Below are positions 7,191 to 13,619 of a DNA stretch of 32,251 nucleotides, piece after piece; position 1 is the first letter of the stretch, and every line of letters starts with the position of its first letter. The notes under the pieces were generated by a model. The model searched no databases. It was given only the letters and a program-made list of their open reading frames with translations, and was not told the DNA's origin. Origin of the DNA: Candidatus Woesearchaeota archaeon (GTDB lineage Archaea; Nanobdellota; Nanobdellia; Pacearchaeales; GW2011-AR1). The stretch is from positions 1-32,251 of the forward strand of contig CAYOTW010000003.1 of assembly GCA_964407005.1 (NCBI GenBank). The letters are read 5' to 3'. The position numbers and the translations under genes were made by a program.

Positions 7191-8033
7191 ATGAAAAGAG
7201 GATTTATGGCTTTATTTATATCGTTATTGCTATTAGGTTTAGCAAGTGCTACCTGTGAATTAGATGTAACAAAGTTAAATCAGGATCCTTACCCCGCAGT
7301 TCCAGGAGAATATGTCGATATAGTCTTCCAGGTTAAAGGCGTAGAAAACCCTGATTGTGAGGATGTGAAATTTGAGTTAGTAGAAGAATATCCTCTAAAA
7401 CTGGATCCAAATACTTCTCCAGCAGTTTATATAAAAGGGGGAACTTTTGTAAAAGACTTTTCTTCATTTTTAATAGTTCCCTATAAAGTTAGGGTGGATG
7501 AAGACGCTCTTGACGGAAAAAATACATTTAAGGTAAAATATTATTCAAATAACAAAAATGTTTATCAAGAAAAAACATTTAATCTAACTGTTGCAGATGC
7601 AAGAGCAGAGTTTGAAGTATTTATTAGTGAATATGAGGCTGAAACAAATATTCTTTCTTTTGAAATTTTAAATATTGGAGAGCATGACGTTGAGGCTGTT
7701 ACTTTAGAAATAGAACAACAAGAAAATGCCGACGTAAAAGGTTCAAAAAGACAAATTATTGGAGATCTTGATTCAAACGAATACACTTCTGCAGATTTTG
7801 AGATTATTCCTTCTAAAGGGAATATAAGTGTTAATATTTATTACACCGATACAATAAATAAAAGAAGACAAACTGCTGTTTCTGTTCCTTTTGAACCTGC
7901 TTATTTTGAACAAAGAGCATCACAAAAAGTAGAAACGCCCTGGACAACATATATTTTTGCAACATTATTAGTTTTATTAATAATCTATTGGATCTACAGA
8001 AAAAGAAAAAAACGTAAAAAAAGAAAGGGTTGA
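7191..8033 (+). CDS. Secreted, C-terminally anchored S-layer-domain-like protein (COG1361/CARDB-like)
   Basis: Signal peptide MALFISLLLLGLASA, two beta-rich ~110-aa segments, a C-terminal TM helix (YIFATLLVLLIIYWIY) and a KRKKRKKRKG tail. This type of protein commonly accompanies archaeal MacB-like ABC systems. Confidence 0.65.
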   Translation: MKRGFMALFISLLLLGLASATCELDVTKLNQDPYPAVPGEYVDIVFQVKGVENPDCEDVKFELVEEYPLKLDPNTSPAVYIKGGTFVKDFSSFLIVPYKVRVDEDALDGKNTFKVKYYSNNKNVYQEKTFNLTVADARAEFEVFISEYEAETNILSFEILNIGEHDVEAVTLEIEQQENADVKGSKRQIIGDLDSNEYTSADFEIIPSKGNISVNIYYTDTINKRRQTAVSVPFEPAYFEQRASQKVETPWTTYIFATLLVLLIIYWIYRKRKKRKKRKG

Positions 8034-8073
8034 AATTCCTATTTTCAATAGAGTTCCTTAGCCTAAAAAATTT

Positions 8074-9282
8074 TTATTCATACCTTAACGCATCAACTGG
8101 TTTTATTTTTGAAGCATTAATTGCAGGCACTACTCCTGAAATTGCTCCAGTAATTATTGCAAATAAAACCAATCCAGCAAATAAACTAACTGAATAATAA
8201 GGCTGTAAAAATCCCCAACCAAGATTTTTCAAAAAAATTCCTGCAGTGTATGTAATTACCCCCCCTAACAAAACACCAATAACTCCTGCAACAAAACCTA
8301 AAAAAGCAGATTCAAATAAAAATAATCTTAATACTTCAGAATTTTTAGCTCCAATTGATTTTATTATTCCAATTTCTTTTGTCCTCTCTAAAACTGAGGT
8401 AATCATCGTATTTGCAGTATTTATAGCAGAAACAAACACTGAAATCAAGGCAATCAAAATTACAAATCCAATAACTACATCAAGCGCACTCGAATATGCC
8501 TCAACCATGTCCTCAAAAGATTGAACAAAAAAATCTTCTTTGCCTTTTTCAACATCTCGTGATTTTCTTAAATTTTTTTCAATACCTTCTATTGTTTGTT
8601 CCATTTCATCAATGTCTACTTTTGCAACAATCCATCCATAAGATTCATTTTTAGAATATAACTCTTCAATAAAACTTGCTGTGACATAGACTTGAGAATC
8701 ATCTTGAGGATTTCCAACCGATTCAAAAAAACCAACAGCCCTCAACTCTTGCCCCTCTACTTCAATTTTTTCATTTAACCCAATTGCCTTTGGAAAAATT
8801 TTATCTTTAATTTGGTAGTTATATCCCAGAACCGCCTTTCCTTCATCGCCTTTTCTCAACATCCTCCCTTTATCAATATCTATATCAAAGACATCTAATA
8901 CCAACGGGCTTTTTGGATCATAACCCATCAAAAAAGTATATTTTCTCGTATCTTCTTGATAAACTTCTGCAACTTTAAAATAAACTCCTGTGGCTTCTCT
9001 TACTCCATCTGTATCTTGAACAGCCCTTAAATCCTTATCATTAAGCTGGAAAGAATCATCTAAACCTGGCGCACCTATTCCTTTTGCTTGCACTATAATC
9101 TTGTCTGCAGAAGAGCTCGTAGTGACAGATTCAATATAATTATAAAGCCCCGCCCCAAAACTAATAAAAATAAAAATCGTCGCAATCCCCACAAAAATGG
9201 ATAGTATTGTTAAAAAACTCCTAGTTTTTCTATGTGCCAAATTCTTTAAAGAATATTTAACAATTTCTTTACTGATTACCAT
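8074..9282 (-). CDS. ABC transporter permease, MacB/FtsX family
   Basis: N-terminal TM helix, a large extracytoplasmic domain, and a C-terminal FtsX domain (TMITSVLERTKEIGIIKSIGA). Confidence 0.9.
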   Translation of the reverse strand: MVISKEIVKYSLKNLAHRKTRSFLTILSIFVGIATIFIFISFGAGLYNYIESVTTSSSADKIIVQAKGIGAPGLDDSFQLNDKDLRAVQDTDGVREATGVYFKVAEVYQEDTRKYTFLMGYDPKSPLVLDVFDIDIDKGRMLRKGDEGKAVLGYNYQIKDKIFPKAIGLNEKIEVEGQELRAVGFFESVGNPQDDSQVYVTASFIEELYSKNESYGWIVAKVDIDEMEQTIEGIEKNLRKSRDVEKGKEDFFVQSFEDMVEAYSSALDVVIGFVILIALISVFVSAINTANTMITSVLERTKEIGIIKSIGAKNSEVLRLFLFESAFLGFVAGVIGVLLGGVITYTAGIFLKNLGWGFLQPYYSVSLFAGLVLFAIITGAISGVVPAINASKIKPVDALRYE

Positions 9283-9439
9283 TTAGTTTTTTCTCCATTT
9301 TAAATTCATCAAATTTTATTTCTCCAAATCCTAACTTTATTTTTTCATTAGAATAATACTCATATTGTTTGATTATACATTTTTCAATAAATTGTTTTAG
9401 CTCTTTAATTCTAGAATTAGTTACCTTTTTGATTTCCAT
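9269..9439 (-). CDS. Possible 56-aa protein wedged between the two permease genes (not in the ORF track)
   Basis: The ATG at 9439-9437 directly abuts the TAG stop (9440-9442) of the upstream permease. Its TAA at 9271-9269 overlaps the downstream permease start by 14 nt. Translation: MEIKKVTNSRIKELKQFIEKCIIKQYEYYSNEKIKLGFGEIKFDEFKMEKKLNGNQ. Confidence 0.4.
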   Translation of the reverse strand: MEIKKVTNSRIKELKQFIEKCIIKQYEYYSNEKIKLGFGEIKFDEFKMEKKLNGNQ

Positions 9440-10654
9440 CTAACCTCTTAAAGCCTCCACTGGATTTTGCTTAGCTGCTTGTAAAGCCGGACCTACTCCT
9501 GAAACAGCGCCGATTAAAAAACTTCCCGCCAAAGAACCAAAAATCAAAATTAAATCAAAATTAATACTCGCCTCTGAACCTAAAAAAGAATTAATACTTG
9601 CTATCCCTAAAAAAGCAAGACCAAGACCTAAAATAATCCCCATCAAACCTCCAATTAATCCAACCAAACCTGCCTCAACAAAAAATTGAAAAAACACATT
9701 TTCATTTCTCGCCCCAATTGCCTTCATAATTCCAATCTCATTTCTTCTTTCTAAAACAGAAGTAGTCATTGTATTAATAATCCCAATAGCTCCCACTAAA
9801 ATAGAGATAGATGCAATAATAACAATAAAAACCTGAATATACCCTAAAATACTATTAACCGTCTCTAATGTAGCTTCAGGAGTAGAAACCTCAAAATTTT
9901 CCTCTCCCTCTTCAACATCCCTTCGTTGCCTTAACAACCTTTCAATTTTTTCCTTAGTCCTATCAATTAACTCTTTATCTTTTGCCCTAACAGCAATAAT
10001 ATCAACCTCATCTCCATAGCCTGCCAAATCTTCTAAAGCATCATTATTCATAAAAATCACGCCATCAAAAATAAAACTGCCTTTTTTTTCTAAAATCCCT
10101 ACAACTTCAAATTTCTTTCCCTTCACTAAAATTCTATCCCCTACTCTGAGAGCCTTATCAAAACCTGATCTGTCTTCTAATCCATAATTATAACCCACTA
10201 AAACTTCATGATTGTCTCCCTCATCTAAAAGCCTACCTTTTTCAACATTTAGCTCAAAAAATTCATAAAACTTTTTTCTTTCCTCAGGAATACTTGTAGC
10301 ACTTGTGAATGTTAATTTATCATTAAAATCTACATCAACTGTTTCAATATTCCTTGTAAAGACTATATCAACTTCAGATATTTTTGATATTGCATCAGCA
10401 TCATCTTGCGTTAAAGGATCCGAAACACCTGTTCCAGGGGCCCCAAACCCTGTCAAACCACCTGCCTGAACACTAATCAATTCAGTAGAAGAAACTCCAA
10501 ACTGGGCATTTACAGCAGTCTTTAAACCGTCCCCAATAGAAATTAAAGAAATAACAGCCGCAACGCCAATAAAGATTCCAATCAAAGTTAGCCAACTCCT
10601 AATCCCCTTTCTTCTTAAATTCTTTATAGACAAAACAAAATAGTCTTTTATCAT
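9440..10654 (-). CDS. ABC transporter permease, MacB/FtsX family (paralog)
   Basis: Same architecture as 8074-9282 (TMTTSVLERRNEIGIMKAIGA). Confidence 0.9.
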   Translation of the reverse strand: MIKDYFVLSIKNLRRKGIRSWLTLIGIFIGVAAVISLISIGDGLKTAVNAQFGVSSTELISVQAGGLTGFGAPGTGVSDPLTQDDADAISKISEVDIVFTRNIETVDVDFNDKLTFTSATSIPEERKKFYEFFELNVEKGRLLDEGDNHEVLVGYNYGLEDRSGFDKALRVGDRILVKGKKFEVVGILEKKGSFIFDGVIFMNNDALEDLAGYGDEVDIIAVRAKDKELIDRTKEKIERLLRQRRDVEEGEENFEVSTPEATLETVNSILGYIQVFIVIIASISILVGAIGIINTMTTSVLERRNEIGIMKAIGARNENVFFQFFVEAGLVGLIGGLMGIILGLGLAFLGIASINSFLGSEASINFDLILIFGSLAGSFLIGAVSGVGPALQAAKQNPVEALRG

Positions 10655-10662
10655 TTTTTAAC

Positions 10663-11400
10663 CTACTCCCTACACTTAATCCACTTGCCATTTTTCTTTT
10701 TTGTAACCTTCTCAATTTTCCCATCTGTAAGCCAATAAATTTTTTTAGCGTGCTTCATAGCCACATCCTGGTCATGGGTAATAATAATTATAGTCTTGTC
10801 TTTTTTATTTAATTCATCTAAAAATTTCATAACCTTCTCACCCGTTGTTGTGTCCAGATTTCCTGTAGGCTCGTCAGCTAAAATCACATCAGGATCATTT
10901 GCCAAAGCTCTTGCAATCGCAACTCTTTGTTGTTGCCCTCCGGAAAGCTGATTCGGATAATGGTCCATCCTATCCTTTAAATCTACAAGGCCCAAAACCT
11001 TTTCAGCATCTTCTTTTCTATCTAACTCATCAATTCCCTGAAACATCATCGGTAGCATAACATTTTCTTTTGCAGTTAAATTAGGAATTAAATTAAAACT
11101 CTGAAAAATAAAACCAATTTTCTTTCCCCTAATTTGTGCCAAATCACTCTCAGACAAATAAGAAATATCTTTTTTATCCAAATAAATAGAGCCCCTTGTT
11201 GGTACATCTAAACTTCCGATTAAATTCATCGCAGTACTTTTTCCACTCCCAGAAGGGCCCATGATAGAAACAAATTCCCCTTTTTTTATAGAAAGATTAA
11301 CATCTTTTAGTGCATTAACCTCATTCTCCTGACCCTGATTATAAATCTTCCAGACCTTTTTTAAGCTAATAACCTCTTTTTCCATAAATAAATTAGGCAA
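10663..11400 (-). CDS. ABC transporter ATP-binding protein (MacB/LolD-type)
   Basis: Walker [10 protein letters not shown], signature [15 protein letters not shown], Walker [12 protein letters not shown]. The start may be Met6 (11385). Confidence 0.95.
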   Translation of the reverse strand: MPNLFMEKEVISLKKVWKIYNQGQENEVNALKDVNLSIKKGEFVSIMGPSGSGKSTAMNLIGSLDVPTRGSIYLDKKDISYLSESDLAQIRGKKIGFIFQSFNLIPNLTAKENVMLPMMFQGIDELDRKEDAEKVLGLVDLKDRMDHYPNQLSGGQQQRVAIARALANDPDVILADEPTGNLDTTTGEKVMKFLDELNKKDKTIIIITHDQDVAMKHAKKIYWLTDGKIEKVTKKKNGKWIKCRE

Positions 11401-11437
11401 TTCCTGTTTTTAATTCTTTTTAATGAAAACACAAGAT

Positions 11438-11445
11438 TTAAATAA
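11438..11445 (+). promoter_or_regulatory. TATA box (TTTAAATA) about 25 nt upstream of the rpoN ATG; implies a leaderless mRNA
   Basis: Sequence match and spacing. The same spacing recurs at other genes in the window. Confidence 0.45.
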
Positions 11446-11465
11446 CCAAAATTCGCAATTTAAAT

Positions 11466-11663
11466 ATGATAATTCCAATTCGTTGCTTTAGTTGTGGAAA
11501 GCCAATTGCTCATTTGTATATAAAATACAAAGAGCTAGTTGCCCAAGGAAAGACTCCAAAAGAAGCATTAGATGAACTAGGTTTAGAAAGATACTGCTGC
11601 AGAGCAGCATTCTTAGGTCAGACAGACACACTAGAACTAGTGAATAAATTCAAAAAATTCTAA
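11466..11663 (+). CDS. rpoN: RNA polymerase subunit N (Rpo10, Rpb10-like)
   Basis: MIIPIRCFSCGKPI...LGLERYCCR is the Rpb10 zinc-bundle signature. 65 aa. Confidence 0.93.
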   Translation: MIIPIRCFSCGKPIAHLYIKYKELVAQGKTPKEALDELGLERYCCRAAFLGQTDTLELVNKFKKF

Positions 11664-12029
11664 GAATTATTCTATTATTTTTAATATAGAGTTAAACTCT
11701 GAAGAAAATCTAATTTACGAGGCCATAATTTCTGCTAGAAAAATACAAGATTTTTTATTGGGATTTCAAAATAGTAAATGGGATTTGGAAGAATGGAAAA
11801 GAATGCTCAGAAAAAGGGTAAAAAAGATAGACAAAATAGGCTTTAAAAAACCTCATGCTATTGCAGAATTAAAAAAAGACTTTTACAAAATACAGCAATA
11901 TCTATTAACTTATTAAATAAATTAAATAATAATTGCTTTGCCAATGACAATTGTAATATTCCTTCAAATTTAGAAGATTATAAAAAATAGGAAGTTAGTC
12001 AAGCCTCTTTATCATTAAAAATCTTAAAA

Positions 12030-12233
12030 CTATTTTTCCCATTCAACAATCTTTTCTATTTTTGTTGGACTATTATCTCTCTTAGATTCTTTAGAAATAT
12101 CTTTGGTACTAAAATATCCTGCCAAACAAATTCCTGCTCCAAAAAGTGCCCCTCCTGCAACAACAAGAAGATAATATTTAAAATTGTCAATAGACTCTTG
12201 ATATTTCATTTCGCGCCTTTCTTTCAAGGACAT
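12030..12233 (-). CDS. Hypothetical small membrane protein (start moved to an internal Met)
   Basis: The ORF-track start at 12299 lies inside the 5S rRNA. Met23 (12233) or Met31 (12209) avoids this. One TM helix (YYLLVVAGGALFGAGICLAGYF). Confidence 0.35.
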   Translation of the reverse strand: MSLKERREMKYQESIDNFKYYLLVVAGGALFGAGICLAGYFSTKDISKESKRDNSPTKIEKIVEWEK

Positions 12234-12273
12234 CTTCAAGTTTTTTCTAGAGCACCTTTTTAAAATAATAAAG

Positions 12274-12383
12274 TAGACAGCTCCATGCTTTCCCATCAAA
12301 AGACAGTACCGACATGAACATAGGAAGCTTAACTTCTGTGTTCGGAAAGGGAACAGGTGTGACCAACCTATTATGGCTGTCTA
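12274..12383 (-). rRNA. rrf: 5S rRNA (orphan, not linked to 16S/23S in this window)
   Basis: Minus strand: UAGACAGCCAUAAUAGGUUGGUCACACCUGUUCCCUUUCCGAACACAGAAGUUAAGCUUCCUAUGUUCAUGUCGGUACUGUCUUUUGAUGGGAAAGCAUGGAGCUGUCUA. Terminal helix AGACAGC/GCUGUCU, the CCGAAC..AGAAGUUAAGC loop C/helix III signature and GUACUG are all present. A T-rich tract follows the 3' end. Confidence 0.9.
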
Positions 12384-12446
12384 AAAATATTACAATTCCA
12401 GGCTTTTTAAGCTTTTCTTTTTGTAATTTTGAAATTAAAACGAAAA

Positions 12447-12454
12447 TTTAAATA
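12447..12454 (+). promoter_or_regulatory. TATA box (TTTAAATA) about 26 nt upstream of the ATG at 12476
   Basis: Sequence match and spacing. Confidence 0.45.
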
Positions 12455-12475
12455 GTAACACTGTGAACACTTTTT

Positions 12476-12934
12476 ATGAGAAAAATAATTGGAGGATTAA
12501 CAGGATTATTGCTTTCTGCATCTGCAATAGCATCACCAATAGAATTTGATATTTCTGCCCCTAAAAATGTTCAACCTAATGTTCCTTTTTCAGTTTCAGT
12601 AATTCCAAATGAACCAACCACTGAAGAATATGATTTAAAATTATCTCCAGAAAAAGACGGCTCAAGAGTTAACTCTGAACTTTATAACCCAGAAGACTCA
12701 GAATGGCAATCTACATATTATTATCTTTCTAATTCCTTTCCCTCTCACGAGTCATATAATTTAAACATTACCGAGGAAGATTTAGTTGGAGAAACATTAA
12801 ACTTAAACGCAATCTTAAGAGATTCTTCAAACAATAAATATACAGCAACAACAAATGTTAACGTAGTTCCGGAACCATTTATCCTTCCAGCATTATTGGC
12901 TCCTGCATTATTATTCAAAAAAAGAAGAGAATAA
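12476..12934 (+). CDS. Small secreted protein with a PEP-CTERM-like C-terminal sorting signal
   Basis: Signal peptide MRKIIGGLTGLLLSASAIA. The C-terminus VVPEPFILPALLAPALLFKKRRE is a PEP motif, a hydrophobic helix and a basic cluster. Confidence 0.7.
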   Translation: MRKIIGGLTGLLLSASAIASPIEFDISAPKNVQPNVPFSVSVIPNEPTTEEYDLKLSPEKDGSRVNSELYNPEDSEWQSTYYYLSNSFPSHESYNLNITEEDLVGETLNLNAILRDSSNNKYTATTNVNVVPEPFILPALLAPALLFKKRRE

Positions 12935-12942
12935 TTTAAAAA
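12935..12942 (+). promoter_or_regulatory. TATA-like box (TTTAAAAA) about 27 nt upstream of tRNA-Leu(CAA)
   Basis: Sequence match and spacing. It begins immediately after the stop codon of the upstream CDS. Confidence 0.4.
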
Positions 12943-12965
12943 TACTATTTCTGTAACTAGTTTAT

Positions 12966-13066
12966 GAGGGAGTGCCGGAGCGGTCAAACGGGACGGACTC
13001 AAGATATACGATTAATGAGTAATCCGTTGGCTTATGCCTACAGGGGTTCGAATCCTCTCTCCCTCA
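12966..13066 (+). tRNA. tRNA-Leu(CAA) with an 18-nt intron at the canonical 37/38 site
   Basis: GAGGGAG TG CCG GAGCGGTCAAA CGG G ACGGA CTCAAG[atatacgattaatgagta]A TCCGT TGGCTTATGCCTAC AGGGG TTCGAAT CCTCT CTCCCTC A. CTCA (anticodon loop) pairs with TGAG (intron) between 3-nt bulges, forming a bulge-helix-bulge motif. Confidence 0.88.
13004..13021 (+). other. tRNA intron (canonical position, BHB motif)
   Basis: See the tRNA-Leu(CAA) fold. Mature length is 83 nt after removal. The boundary is ambiguous by 1 nt (a/a). Confidence 0.75.
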
Positions 13067-13157
13067 TTAGCAGGATTCGAATAGTTCGAATCACTTCAAT
13101 CTTGCAAAAGTTGAAGTCCCAGAAATTTTCAATTTCTGAGCTCTCTCCCTCATTAGC
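13067..13157 (+). repeat. tRNA-Leu 3'-end echo unit 1: T-loop look-alikes, the 48-nt two-hairpin module (13093-13140), then an exact copy of the tRNA 3' end plus flank (ctctctccctcattagc, 13141-13157)
   Basis: ttcgaatc|MODULE|ctctctccctca. Deleting the module restores the tRNA sequence 13047-13066 exactly. The 52 nt at 13089-13140 are identical to 14849-14900 and 14930-14981. Confidence 0.9.
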
Positions 13158-13270
13158 CTATCAAAGATAGGCTGGAGACGAATGCTATAAACTCTCTATA
13201 ATTTTATTACAGGGGCGAATAATTCGCTTCGACAACTATCTGTATAAGATGGAGATGCAAATTGTGAGCA

Positions 13271-13433
13271 GAATCCTCTCTCCCTCATTAGCAGGATTCG
13301 AATAGTTCGAATCACTTCAATCTCTATGCAGAACGCAGTGGACAATTTCAAAGGAAAGTTGAGCCACAAGAAAACCTTGGTTTTCTTAGGAGTTGAAGTC
13401 CCAGAAATTTTCAATTTCTGAGCTCTCCCCCTA
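13271..13433 (+). repeat. tRNA-Leu 3'-end echo unit 2: a 53-nt exact copy of 13050-13102, a long variant of the module, and a degenerate tRNA 3' end
   Basis: 13271-13323 equals 13050-13102. The 8-nt tip of hairpin 1 (tgcaaaag) is replaced by 69 nt (13324-13392), which contains a 9-bp hairpin aagaaaacc/ggttttctt. The rest of the module (13393-13422) is identical. It is followed by ctctcccccta. Confidence 0.88.
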
Positions 13434-13446
13434 TCAATGCTTAAAC

Positions 13447-13454
13447 TTTTATAC
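13447..13454 (+). promoter_or_regulatory. TATA-like box (TTTTATAC) about 27 nt upstream of tRNA-Arg
   Basis: Sequence match and spacing. Confidence 0.4.
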
Positions 13455-13476
13455 CTAAATTTCTAAAATACTTTAT

Positions 13477-13552
13477 GCCCTTGTAGCTCAGCTTGGATTA
13501 GAGCACTTCCCTCCTAAGGAAGGGGTCGCAGGTTCGAGTCCTGCCGAGGGCG
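13477..13552 (+). tRNA. tRNA-Arg(CCT)
   Basis: GCCCTTG TA GCTC AGCTTGGATTA GAGC A CTTCC CTCCTAA GGAAG GGGTC GCAGG TTCGAGT CCTGC CGAGGGC G. 76 nt with a standard cloverleaf. Confidence 0.9.
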
Positions 13553-13598
13553 TAAAACCTGCTCGCAAGTTCCACATAAAGTGTACCCACAAGGGGCA

Positions 13599-13618
13599 GA
13601 GTCCTGCCGAGGGCGTAA
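13599..13618 (+). repeat. Exact 20-nt echo of the tRNA-Arg 3' end plus 3 nt of flank (gagtcctgccgagggcgtaa equals 13536-13555)
   Basis: Direct repeat separated from the original by 43 nt (13556-13598). The echo starts inside the T-loop (TTC|GAGT). Confidence 0.9.
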
Positions 13619-13619
13619 C

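Noticed and set aside
7996-8030. A-rich tract (aaaaagaaaaaaacgtaaaaaaagaaaggg) at the 3' end of the S-layer-like gene, a possible slippery or frameshift site
   Set aside because: It encodes the in-frame KRKKRKKRKG cytoplasmic tail after the TM anchor. No extended alternative frame follows it.
13208-13215. The 8-mer tacagggg, matching the variable-arm/T-stem junction of tRNA-Leu(CAA), inside the spacer between echo units; followed by the palindrome gcgaat-a-attcgc
   Set aside because: An 8-nt match is expected by chance about once in a window this size. It is noted as possibly another tRNA fragment but not counted as evidence.
12745-13414. Track ORFs 12745-13002 (-), 12964-13170 (+) and 13196-13414 (-)
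   Set aside because: They overlap tRNA-Leu(CAA) and its echo/hairpin array or run antisense to the 12476 gene. No start context or motif supports them, and the region is explained by RNA genes and repeats.
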